Part shown: positions 30,011 to 39,653 of the stretch, piece after piece
Layout of the letters: every line of letters begins with the position of its first letter
Position numbering within the stretch: position 1 is the first letter of the stretch
Source of the DNA: an uncultured Chloroflexia bacterium
GTDB lineage: Bacteria; Chloroflexota; Anaerolineae; JAAYZQ01
Assembly (NCBI GenBank): GCA_963700285.1
Contig: CAVOXA010000001.1
Location: 1,696,001 to 1,760,000 of the forward strand
Direction: 5' to 3'
DNA length: 64,000 bases
The notes under the pieces: generated by a model
What the model was told of the DNA's origin: nothing
What the model saw: only the letters and a program-made list of their open reading frames with translations
Database searches by the model: none
Position numbers and translations under genes: made by a program

Positions 30011-30037
30011 TCTGAGGGGGGCAAAGCCCCCCTCAGA
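30011..30037. promoter_or_regulatory. Post-VR DNA hairpin/cruciform (DGR target-recognition element)
   Basis: TCTGAGGGGGGC-AAA-GCCCCCCTCAGA, a perfect 12-bp stem about 40 bp downstream of the target-1 stop codon. Confidence 0.75.
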
Positions 30038-30075
30038 CTCCCCCTCAGAAGTCCAGGAACCAGCAATCCAGAAGC

Positions 30076-31605
30076 TCACTCTCCTGGCGACCCCGCACAC
30101 CGAAACCCGAGACTGATGTAGCTGTAACCCGGGTTGTGGCTGTACGCGGTCCGCCGCGCGGACGTAGTACGCATCGTTGAGCCACGAACCGCCACGCAGC
30201 ACCTTATACGAACCGCTGGCCGGCCCCGGCGGGTTGCGGTAGGGCGAGACGCCGTAGTAGCTGCTGCTGTACCAATCGTTGACCCATTCCCAGACGTTGC
30301 CGGCCATGTCCAGCGCGCCGTAGGGGCTGGCGCCGCTGGGGTAGCTGCCCACCCGGCTGGTGTCGCCCACGCAGCCGCTGTAGTTCGCCCGGCTGCAGTC
30401 CGGCGCCTGGTTCCCCCAGGGGTAGGTCCGCGCGCCGGTGCCGCGGGCCGCCTTCTCCCACTCGGCCTCGGTGGGCAGGCGCTTGCCGGCCCAGGTGCAG
30501 TAGGCCCGCGCCCCGTACCAGGTCACTTCGATGGCCGGGTGGTCGCCGTAGCCGGCATCGGCCTGCCAGACCCCGCCGGCCTGGTGGATGCGCACATCCG
30601 GATCGTCTGTGTCCAGCCAGGTGTCCCCCCCTCCTGCTGGTTGCCCCTGGCATTGAGAAATTCAGCGTACTGAGCGTTGGTCACCTCGTACCGGTCGATG
30701 GCGTAGGCGTCAAGGTACACGGTGTGCACCGGCTGCTCGTCGCTGTCGCCGTCGTTGCTGCCCATGGTGAACTCGCCGGCGGGCACGGAGACCATGTCGG
30801 CGGGCGGAGTCCGCTGTTCCGTGACAAAATCCCAAACCGGCCCGGCGGTGGTCGCCCCCCGCGAATCCCTGGCCACCACCTGCCAGTCGTAGTGCGCACC
30901 CTCGCTCAACCCGCCGGGGTCGCAACTGGCGCTGGCCACGTCGTTGCACACGAGCGCATCGCGTATCCGGCGTGCTGTCCCGGCCTCCAGGTAGACGTCA
31001 TAGGTCACCGCATCGCCGTCGGGATCGCCGCCGCTCCAGCTCAGCACCACGTCGACGCTCTGATCCGTGGCGCCGTCGGCCGGCGATGGAGCCCAGGGGC
31101 TGGTGGGCGGCTGGTTCGGGCGGTCCCTGCGGATCGTGGGCAGGTGTGCGCGGTGGATCGTGGGAAAGGTGGCGCGCAGGGTGTAGGAAGACGTGTTATT
31201 GAAACCCGTGGGCGTGTAGATATAGATGTAATAGTCCCCGGGATCCCCGGCGTAGTCCAGGTGGTATGGCGGCTTCCAGTCGCGGGCCACCGTATTGCCC
31301 GTCGATTGGTAGTACAGCAGCAACTGTACATCTTGACCGGTATGGTTGCTCAGGTCCACGGCGATCGGTCCGGCCCTGTAGAGATGGATGGAAAAGTAAT
31401 CCTTCTCGTCGTTGGGATAGCCATAGTAGGTCCGGTGCGAGCGCAGCGGGCCGTTGGCCTGCTGGTAGCTGTTGTTGGGCTCCACCTCCCAGGGGCCCTC
31501 AAAGTAGGCCAGGCTGGCCGCCAGGGACGCCGCCGGATAGGCCGGCACCCACCCCAGGGCCAGCAGTATGGTCATGGCCAGAATCGTTATCCCCGTTGGT
31601 TTCAT
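30076..31605 (-). CDS. DGR target 1: signal peptide, PPC-like, HLPTIRR, Ig/FN3-like, FGE-sulfatase (CLec) domain; two apparent frameshifts (~30600, ~30146)
   Basis: ORFs 30523-31617 and 29957-30595 join up: EPNNSY...[68 protein letters not shown]. Corrected end reads ...[11 protein letters not shown]. Confidence 0.88.
30079..30205 (-). repeat. Variable region VR1
   Basis: KVLRGGSW...GFRCA segment rich in NNC codons (AAC, TAC, AGC, CAC, ATC); differs from VR2 mostly at codon positions 1-2. Confidence 0.78.
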
Positions 31606-31660
31606 TGGCTGGCTCACTCCTCCTGTGAATTGCTATCGCCCTGTCTCACCGTGTCAGAAA

Positions 31661-31684
31661 CCTGCCCTGAGCGCCGTCGAAGGG
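31661..31684. repeat. Short dispersed palindromic repeat (CCCTTCGAC...CTCAGGGCAGG type)
   Basis: Minus strand CCCTTCGACGGCGCTCAGGGCAGG is present downstream of VR2 but absent from the aligned VR1 flank. Confidence 0.55.
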
Positions 31685-31708
31685 ACCGGGAAGCAAAAGT
31701 CCAGAAGC

Positions 31709-33212
31709 TCACTCTTCTGGCGACTGCGCACACCGAAACCCGACGATGTTGTAGGTGCCGTCCAGGCTGTGGTGGATGCGGTTCGCCGCGCGGAGGACGT
31801 TCGCTTCGGCGAGCCACGCACCGCTACGCAGCACCTTAAACGACCCGCTGGCTGGTCCGGGCGGGTCGCGGTAAGGCGAGATGCTGTAGTAGTTGTCTTT
31901 GTACCAATCGTTGACCCATTCCCAGACGTTGCCGGCCATATCCAGCGCGCCGTAGGGGCTGGCACCGCTGGGGTAGCTGCCCACCCGCGTCGTGTCGCCC
32001 ACGCAGCCCTTCAGGTTCGTCCGGCCGCAGTCCGGGGCCTGGTCCCCCCAGGGGTAGGTCCGGGCGTTGGTCCCGCGGGCCGCCTTCTCCCACTCGGCCT
32101 CGGTGGGCAGGCGCTTGCCGGCCCAGGTGCAATAGTCGCGGGCGTCGTACCAGGACACCCAGATGACCGGATAGTCGGCGTAGGACGGGTTGCCATAGTA
32201 GGAGGAGCGCGTATCGGATCCGTAGCTGGTGGGCGGATCGCAGGCGCCGGCAGCCACGCACTGGGCATATTGGACGTTGGTCACCTCGTACCGGTCGATG
32301 GCGTAGGCGTCCAAGGTACACGGTGTGCACCGGCTGCTCGTCGCTGTCGCCGTCTTTGCTGCCCATGGTGAACTCGCCGGCGGGCACAGAGACCATGCCG
32401 GCGGGCGGGCCGCTTGTTACCGTGACAAAATCCCAAACCGGCCCGGTGGTGGTCGCCCCCCGCGAATCCCTGGCCACCACCTGCCAGTCGTAGTGCGCAC
32501 CCTCACCCAGCGCACCGGGGTCGCAACTGGCGCTGGCCACGTCGTTGCACATGAGCGTATCCGGCGTGCTGTCCCCAGCCTCCAGGTAGACGTCATAGGT
32601 CACCGCATCGCCATCGGGATCGCCGCCGCTCCAGCTCAGCTTCACATTCACGCTCTGATCCGTGGCGCCGTCAGCCGGCGAGGGAGCCCAGGGGCTGGTG
32701 GGCGGCTGGTTCGGGCGGTCCCTGCGGATCGTGGGCAGGTGTGCGCGGTGGATCATGGGAAAGGTGGCGCGCAGGGTGTAGGCGGACCTGTTATTGAAGC
32801 CCGTGGGTGTAGTAGATATAGATGTAATAGGTCCCCGGCATCCCCGGTGTAGTCCAGGTGGTAGGGCGCTTCCAGATCAGCGGTCACCCGGTTGGCCGTC
32901 GATTGGTAGAACAACTGCAATTGTACGTGCTGACCGGTGTGGTTGGTCAGGTCGACGGCGATCGGCGCCAGCCCGGTAGAGATGGATGGAAAAGTAGTCC
33001 TTCTCGTCGTTGGGATAGCCATAGTAGGTCCGGTGCGAGCGCAGCGGGCCGTTGGCCTGCTGGTAGCTGTTGTTGGGCTCGCTCTCCCACGGCCCCTCAA
33101 AGTAGGCCTGGCTGGCCGCCAGGGGCGCCTGGGACGCCGCCGGATAGGCCGGCACCCACCCCAGGGCCAGCAGTATGGTCATGGCCAGAATCGTTATCCC
33201 CATGGGCTTCAT
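31709..33212 (-). CDS. DGR target 2 (tandem paralog of target 1); several apparent frameshifts
   Basis: ORFs 32877-33224, 32753-33100, 31836-32756 and 31709-32314 join into the same architecture; ends KVLRSGAW...[14 protein letters not shown]. Confidence 0.88.
31712..31837 (-). repeat. Variable region VR2
   Basis: Codon-for-codon colinear with VR1 (ATC CAC CAC AGC CTG GAC GGC ACC TAC AAC ATC GTC GGG TTT CGG). Confidence 0.72.
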
Positions 33213-33261
33213 TGGCTGGCTCACTCCTCCAGTTGTGCGCTATCGCCCCGCTGGGCAGTGC

Positions 33262-35130
33262 CTACGGCGGCGCCACCGTGGCCCCGCCACCCCCGCCACC
33301 CCCGCCTCCTCCCGAGCGCTTCCAGGTCAGCAAGCGCACGGCGCTGGCCGGACTGAGGGGCGTGCCCCTGGGCTTGCCCTGGGCGTCCTCCCCCGTCTTG
33401 AGCATCGCCCGCACCGACCAGCGGAACTCCCCATTCGTCGACAGGTCCGGCAGGTACTTGTGTTCGCTCATGGTCCAGCTCGTCCCTTTGGTCCAGGGCA
33501 CGTCGTCGGTCCAGGTGTCCCCTCCGTGGGGGTAGGTCACCGTGACGGCATAGAAGCCGTCGGCCGGCAACTGGCCCACCGGCGCCCATTCCAGGACGAT
33601 GGGCTCGTCCCCTGAAAACGCCTGGCCGCCGGCCGGGCCCCGCAGCACCGGTGCCGGGAACTCGTTGCCCGTCGACCGGGGTGGCTGCGTCCGCGTCGGC
33701 GGAGGCCGGGTCGACGGCGGCCGGGGCGCCGTTGCCGTTGGCGGTGCCGCTCTCGTCGCGGTGGCCGCCTGGCTAACCGTCGGCCTGGGCGTGCGCGTCG
33801 GCGCTAGCGTGCGGGTTGGTACTGCCATCTGGGTCGCCGTGTCGGCGGGCCGCTGGGTTGGCGCGTCGGTGGGTGGCGTCGTCGACGTTGGCTGTATCGG
33901 CGTTGGTGTTGGCTGGACGCGCGCCGGCGTCGCGCTCGGCGCCACGGCGGGCAGCGACGTCGGGTTCGGCGCGGCCCGCAGCGTTGCCGTCGGCTCCGGG
34001 GCCGGCCGGGTCGCCGTCGGCCTCAGCGTGGCCGTCTCGCCCGGCGGGTTCAGGGCCACTTCCAAGAGCTCGGTGGGCCGGCCCTGCTCCGTCCGTCCAT
34101 CTCTGCCGTTTCCCGTCATCAGGGCCAGCAGTCCCAGCAGGAGCAGCAGCGCCACGGCTACGCCGGCCAGGAACCAGGGCAGTTTTTTGCGATCCAGGCC
34201 CTCCCCCTGGGTCGGGAGAGGATCTGCCCTGCGACCCATCAACCTCGTCGGCGGCAGCGCGGCCGCACGGGCGGCGACGCCCAGGCCCGCAGGGCGGAGG
34301 GCAGCCTGGGCCAGTGCCCGGCGCATCTCCGCCGCTGACTGCCAGCGGTCCTGCTTTTGCAGGGCCATGGCCTTCAGCACCACGTCCTCCACGGCCGCGG
34401 ATACCTGGGCCCCGGGGTTGGCTTCCCGCAGGCCCGGCAGCGGCGCCCCGGCGCCCCGGTTCAGGGATTCCACCGGCGCCACCCCCGTCAGCAGATAGTA
34501 GAGCGTGCCGCCGACGCCATAGAGGTCGGTCCGGGCGTCGGTCTGCCCCCGCGTGGCGTACTGCTCCAGCGGCGCGAACCCCGGCGACAGGGCCAGCGCG
34601 CCGGTCATCGTGTGCTGGCCCTGTACGTACTCCTTGGCGATGCCAAAGTCGACCAGCATCGCCTTGCTGGCCTGTCCCTTGGGCCCGGCCGGCGTGACCT
34701 TGATGTTGGCCGGCTTTACGTCGCGGTGGATCACCGCCGGATCCTGGCTGTGCAGGTAGTCCAGCGCGTCCAAAACCTGGTCGGCCCAGGCCAGCGCCTG
34801 CGCCGAAGGCGCCGGCCCCTGCTGCTCCACCCGATCGGCCAGGTCGAGTCCCTCGACATAGTCCATGACCAGGTAGTAGCGCCCTGTCTGGGCGAAATAG
34901 TCGGTCACCCGCGGCAGGTGCGGGTGGTCGAGGTGGGCCAGGAAGCGCGCCTCGCGCTGGAACTGCTGCTGCGCCCTGGGCGAGACGTCCAGCGTCTCCT
35001 TGACGGCGCACAGCTTGTCCAGGCGCTGGTCGCGGGCCAGGTACACGGCCCCCATGCCCCCCTGGCCCAGCAGCCGCTGGATCTGGTACCGGTTTTGCAG
35101 GATGGTGCCTGCGGGTAGTAGGCTGGTCAT
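33262..35130 (-). CDS. Ser/Thr kinase 4 (kinase-TM-linker-FN3-like domain, poly-Gly tail)
   Basis: GQGGMG, CAVKE, HRDVKPAN, DFG, SPGFAPLEQ; C-terminal FPAPVLRGP...LEWAPVGQLP...FRWSV...PLSPASAVRLLTW. Confidence 0.95.
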   Translation of the reverse strand: MTSLLPAGTILQNRYQIQRLLGQGGMGAVYLARDQRLDKLCAVKETLDVSPRAQQQFQREARFLAHLDHPHLPRVTDYFAQTGRYYLVMDYVEGLDLADRVEQQGPAPSAQALAWADQVLDALDYLHSQDPAVIHRDVKPANIKVTPAGPKGQASKAMLVDFGIAKEYVQGQHTMTGALALSPGFAPLEQYATRGQTDARTDLYGVGGTLYYLLTGVAPVESLNRGAGAPLPGLREANPGAQVSAAVEDVVLKAMALQKQDRWQSAAEMRRALAQAALRPAGLGVAARAAALPPTRLMGRRADPLPTQGEGLDRKKLPWFLAGVAVALLLLLGLLALMTGNGRDGRTEQGRPTELLEVALNPPGETATLRPTATRPAPEPTATLRAAPNPTSLPAVAPSATPARVQPTPTPIQPTSTTPPTDAPTQRPADTATQMAVPTRTLAPTRTPRPTVSQAATATRAAPPTATAPRPPSTRPPPTRTQPPRSTGNEFPAPVLRGPAGGQAFSGDEPIVLEWAPVGQLPADGFYAVTVTYPHGGDTWTDDVPWTKGTSWTMSEHKYLPDLSTNGEFRWSVRAMLKTGEDAQGKPRGTPLSPASAVRLLTWKRSGGGGGGGGGGATVAPP

Positions 35131-35189
35131 GGTAACTGACACTGAACCTTTCCGAGCGAGATGATGGTAGACGTAGTCTTTCCCCACTC

Positions 35190-36188
35190 CTAGTACTTGG
35201 CTTCCAGGGTATAGGGCTTGGTCAGATCGTCCCCAGCGAAGCGGTAGACCCGGATGTAGTGTTTTCCGCCTGACTCGGGTTTGAACTTGATAGACTCTCT
35301 TTCCCCTTTCCCTGCTGTACTCGATCCGGCGACCAGTTCCCTGTTGGCATCATATACCCACAAGTCCAGATCCAACGGCTCTGGTACTGTCAACGTGAGT
35401 TCGACTCGCTGGTTCTGAACAACGTTGATGTAGAAGTAGTCGCTCCTCTTGTCCTCCCCCCCTTGGCAGTACCCGACATAGGGCACATCTCGAGGTAGCG
35501 GCCCACACGCGGCAGTAAGCGTGTGGTTCGTAGCGCACGTAAAGTACGTTCGCATGACTGCCGGTACGAAGATGCTTTGCTTGACGACCACCTTGGGCGG
35601 CGTTTGATCACTGATCTCCAACGGTGTATTATCACCAACTCCTATTCTCGCTGTGTTGTCAAGTATTGTCTCGCCTACCGGCAGATCATCCAACCCGACG
35701 ACCTGCACCACGAACTTGAGCAGCACCGGCTCCGTCCCAACTTCGCCGTTCCACGTAAGCGTACCGGCGGGTGATTCTGTAAAGTCCTCGGACTGTTGGA
35801 AAGCGTAGAAGTTGCCCAGCACGTCGGTCACGGTAACACTGCCCATGAGCACGCCCGTATTGACGAGTTTGACGGTATATTCAACCAATGAACCCGGCGT
35901 TACTTGTTCGCCGCCTTTGTTGCTGGTTTTCGTTGAACTGCTCAGATTGGGATCTCGCCCGAAATCTGTACCCATCGCGATCAAGTCTCCACCCTTGGTG
36001 GCCGCAGTAGTGTATACCATGAGTGTGATTGCCTGACCTCGAGGAGTGGACATCTGCCCAGTATCCAGGTGTGTGGGTTGACTGGTACCTGCTGCCATCG
36101 CTGGAACTGCAGCGAAGCAAGCCACCACCAAAAAAGCCAGGATGTATTCCGCCAGGCTCCTGTTCAGATGGTCTCCTTTGCTTTTCAT
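35190..36188 (-). CDS. Secreted protein: signal peptide, DUF11-like Ig domain, FVPAVMR motif, PPC-like domain
   Basis: PNLSSSTK...PGSLVEYTVKLVNTG...VTDVL; SIFVPAVMR at 35550-35576; DYFYI...DLDLWVYD...HYIRVY...YTLEAKY. Confidence 0.78.
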   Translation of the reverse strand: MKSKGDHLNRSLAEYILAFLVVACFAAVPAMAAGTSQPTHLDTGQMSTPRGQAITLMVYTTAATKGGDLIAMGTDFGRDPNLSSSTKTSNKGGEQVTPGSLVEYTVKLVNTGVLMGSVTVTDVLGNFYAFQQSEDFTESPAGTLTWNGEVGTEPVLLKFVVQVVGLDDLPVGETILDNTARIGVGDNTPLEISDQTPPKVVVKQSIFVPAVMRTYFTCATNHTLTAACGPLPRDVPYVGYCQGGEDKRSDYFYINVVQNQRVELTLTVPEPLDLDLWVYDANRELVAGSSTAGKGERESIKFKPESGGKHYIRVYRFAGDDLTKPYTLEAKY

Positions 36189-36265
36189 TATGGCCCTCCG
36201 TCTTACTCGGAATTTCTTGCGCAACTCGATGGGAAGTGAGAGGTTCTAGTTCCTCAAGCAAGTCC

Positions 36266-37946
36266 TTATGGCCCCGGTGGGGCTTTGTTTTCCTCACTAT
36301 CTTTGCCATTGCCCCCACCACTAGTGTACTTGAACTTGCGTTTTGCTGCCCATTCGCCGGCTATCGTTGGCAGAACAGCTCGTTGTCAGCGCAGCCTTTG
36401 TGCACTACCACCACTGACCAGTAGTAGGTATCTGTCCCATACTTCTTGATGGCGGGTGCCTCCTGCTCAACTCAACCTGAGTTCGTACGCTGTTGTCGGT
36501 GGATGGCCCCCCGCCGTGGACGCCTAGGGGAAGACTGTCCTCGTCCTCGGCCAGATACGAAGGTCAAAGTAGTAGTCATCGGGCAGCGGCTCATCGTGCC
36601 CATCGCCACGCGAAGATCGGCGCGTACCCTCCAGCTCTGAATCGTTCGTCGGTTCTAGCAGCCCCGCAGCCGGGAACGGTACGTCGGCGTACTTGTCGGC
36701 TGGCGGTCCGCGCGTCGTGGGCTGCTGGGGCTCTTGTCGGCTGGCTTTGTGGCCGCAGTTGGTTCTGCGACCGTGGTCGGAATTAAGGTCGCTGTTGGCT
36801 CTCCCGGTGCCAGCTGCCTCTAGACCCGGCGAGCCTACCGGCGCCGGTGGGCACCGGCGTGTCTCGGCCAGTTGACGCGCCCTGGTCAACGGGTACCTTC
36901 AGCGGCGAGTGTAGCCGTGGGCGGGACGCCTGGACCTCCGGTACGTCGGATCGCCGGCAGCTGGCGCCCCGGTTTCGCCGCCTCGCGTAAAGAGGGTAGT
37001 AGATACCCAGGAGGATCAGCAGACCGCCAGCAAGACCCCCGCCACGGCCGCCATGGCCCAGGGCGCTCTGGATCAACGGCCGTTCCTGCGGCGCCGCCAC
37101 CACCGTCGGCACCCTGGACTCCCCGTCCGGGGCGCTGACAATCACCACGCCGATGTTGTCGCTGCCACCCCGCGAATTGGCCAGGTCGATGAGCAGGTCC
37201 GCCGCCTCCTCGGGCGGGTTCCGCCGCACCAGCTCCGCGATCTCTGGTCCTCCACGTGCCCGGTCAGGCCGTCGGTGCACAGGAAGAGGCTCTCACCCTC
37301 GTTCAGCGCTCCCTTCGAATATGTCCACTTCGACCGCAGGCTTGGCGCCCAGGGCGCGGGTGACCACGTTGCGCTGGGGGTGCTTTTTGGCCTGCTCGGG
37401 CGTCAGCAGCCCGGCCCGCATCTGCTCCTCCACCCAGGAGTGGTCGGTGGTGATCCGCTGGATCCCCTGCGGGCCGATGACATAGGCCCGGCTGTCGCCC
37501 ACGTTGGCCACGTACACCCTGCGCCCCAGGATGACGGCCGCTACCAGCGTGGTGCCCATGCCCGACTTGGATGGGTCGGACTGGGCCCAATTGTAGATCT
37601 TTTGGTTGGCGGCCCGAAAGGCGCGCGTCAGGCTGGTGGGAATGTCGTGGACGGCGTCGGGGTAATACTCCTGGCGGACCACCTCCACCGCGGCGCGGCT
37701 GGCCACCTCGCCCGCGCTGTGACCCCCCATCCCATCGGCCGCCATGTATAGCGCGCCCTTGCGCGCCAGCTCGTCCGGCTCCGGTGGGATGTAGTAATCG
37801 ACATAATCCTCGTTGTGGGGCCGGGAACGGCCGACGTCGGTCTTGGCGGCGACAGTCAGGTTCAGCGCCGGCTGACTGCCGGCCGGCCTGGGGGATTTGG
37901 CAGGTTCGGGCTTTGCCGGGGCCTGCGCCCCGCGGTTGCTGCTCAT
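36266..37946 (-). CDS. PP2C (Stp1/PrpC-type) phosphatase 1 with TM and FN3-like extracellular domain; multiple frameshifts
   Basis: TDVGRSRPHNED, ADGMGGH, GMGTT, NVGDSRAY, GGSDNI. Manual reading of 36266-36680 gives FPAAGLLEP...LPDDYYFDLRIW...YYWSVVVV...RKFKY...PPGP*. Confidence 0.85.
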
Positions 37947-37986
37947 AAGCGCCTCCTTCGCTGCGGTGTCACGGCTGGAGAATCGA

Positions 37987-39615
37987 TCATGGCTCTGCGG
38001 TGGGCTGCAGCGTCACAGTTGGCTGCGACGTCGCACGTCCCTTGCTCTCAACGGGCACATAGCGGCCCTGGTCCAGCCGGTAGATCTTTTCCTCGGACAA
38101 CATCATCGGCCGAGCCCCATCTGCCGACACCCACCGGCCATGGGCCAGAATCGGCTCTCCCCTCTGTAGTTCGGGGTGAGCTTTGGTGTGTAAGGGGGTA
38201 TCGGGATACCCGCCGGCCGTGGCATACACCCAGACCGGTTCGCTCCGGCCAACCTCCTGAGCCTGATAGCCGCGCTCCCAGCTCGGATTCCACCACGCCC
38301 AGGTTGGCGGCCATTGTGTCCACAGGGGTTCCAGGAAATCGATCTGCTGGGCGACGACGGACCCCCTTGGTCCCTCCTGGTAGCCAAAGACCCAAACCCG
38401 CTTGCCCGGGAATTCCGTTGTGGCGTCCTGTTCCTCAAGGCTCACCAGAAAGGTCTCTGTGCCCATCCTCAACTGAAAATCGCAACCCCCGGATCTCTCC
38501 CGGCATCTCTGTGCCCGGCCCACCAGGAAGATCCCGCGCCGGGCGGGCCACAGGTCTGCCTCCCGCTGGTTCACCTCGTTCCCTTCCTGGGCCTCCATCG
38601 CCGCCACATCGTTGTAGCCCAGGCTGCTGGCAACTTGGGCCAGCGCCTCCTCGCCCAGCGAATCATAGTGCACAGGATGGGGTTGCGGGGCCGCCTGGGG
38701 CCCGGACCCCACTTTGCCCTGGGCCACCAGGACGGCAGCCGCCAGCGAGGCGATCAGACACAGAAACAAGAGAATGACCATACCCGCGGCCAGGGCCCGG
38801 TGCTCCCTCCCTCCGGCCTGGTCCGCGGCGACGCGCGGGCGGCCGAATAGACCGGTCCCGGGCTCAGCCTGCACCACCATGGCCGTGGCATTGTCTTTGC
38901 CGCCCAGCGTGCTGGCCTGGGCCACCAATTCGGCCGCTGCGGCGCCGGGCGGCTGGGCCTGGAGGATCTCGGCCATCTGCTTGTCCGAAAGCTCTCCGCT
39001 CACGCCGTCGGTGCACAGCAAGAGCGCATCTCCCTTGCGCAGCTTGCGCTCAAAGATGTCCACCTCCACCGTGGGCCGGATGCCCAGCGCCCGCGTGATC
39101 AGGTTGCGTTGGGGGTGCTTCTGGGCCTGCTCCCGGGTCAGCAGCCCGGCCCGAAACTGGGCCTCCACCCAGGAGTGGTCGACGCTGATCTGGGTCAGGC
39201 GCTTCCGGCGCAGCAGGTAGGCCCGGCTGTCGCCCACGTTGGCGATGGTCGCCTGGGGCCCCTTGCCCTGGAGGACGGCGGCCACCAGCGTGGTGCCCAT
39301 GCCGGCCAGGGCCGGATCGGCCTGGGCCCGTTCATAGACCTCCAGGTTGGCGACCTTGATGGCCCGCTCCAGGCTGTCGCCCACGCCGGGGCTGGTGTCC
39401 GCATAATAGGCCTCTTTCACCCGCTCCACAGCGGCCCGGCTGGCCACTTGCCCGGCCCTGTGGCCGCCCATGCCGTCCGCTACCAAAAAGAGCGCGCCCT
39501 TCTCCCGGCGCTGATCCTCATCCTCGGGCAGGCAAAAGCTGGTATAGTCCTCGTTTCTTTCACGCGTCGGCCCGGTGTCGCTCTTCTGGCCGATCTCCAA
39601 GTACGGTTCTGTCAT
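37987..39615 (-). CDS. PP2C phosphatase 2 with TM and an uncharacterised extracellular domain
   Basis: RERNED, VADGMGGH, GMGTT, NVGDSRAY, LCTDG, GGKDNAT; TM ALAAGMVILLFLCLIASLAAAVLV. Confidence 0.93.
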   Translation of the reverse strand: MTEPYLEIGQKSDTGPTRERNEDYTSFCLPEDEDQRREKGALFLVADGMGGHRAGQVASRAAVERVKEAYYADTSPGVGDSLERAIKVANLEVYERAQADPALAGMGTTLVAAVLQGKGPQATIANVGDSRAYLLRRKRLTQISVDHSWVEAQFRAGLLTREQAQKHPQRNLITRALGIRPTVEVDIFERKLRKGDALLLCTDGVSGELSDKQMAEILQAQPPGAAAAELVAQASTLGGKDNATAMVVQAEPGTGLFGRPRVAADQAGGREHRALAAGMVILLFLCLIASLAAAVLVAQGKVGSGPQAAPQPHPVHYDSLGEEALAQVASSLGYNDVAAMEAQEGNEVNQREADLWPARRGIFLVGRAQRCRERSGGCDFQLRMGTETFLVSLEEQDATTEFPGKRVWVFGYQEGPRGSVVAQQIDFLEPLWTQWPPTWAWWNPSWERGYQAQEVGRSEPVWVYATAGGYPDTPLHTKAHPELQRGEPILAHGRWVSADGARPMMLSEEKIYRLDQGRYVPVESKGRATSQPTVTLQPTAEP

Positions 39616-39653
39616 GGTTGCTCGTCATCTCCCATCGGCGCCGGCGCCGCCCC

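Larger units (their letters stand above)
28870..33212 (-). mobile_element. Diversity-generating retroelement (two CLec/FGE targets, RT, TR remnant; no avd or full TR in the window)
   Basis: DGR-class RT (LPIGNLTSQ, YMDD) directly downstream of two FGE-sulfatase genes ending in variable ...GFRCA segments; post-VR hairpin; a 28-nt copy of the VR 3' end inside the RT ORF. Confidence 0.88.

Noticed and set aside
33281-33313. 9-bp GC-rich tandem repeat as a phase-variation tract
   Set aside because: In-frame poly-Gly at the extreme C-terminus; slippage would have little effect.
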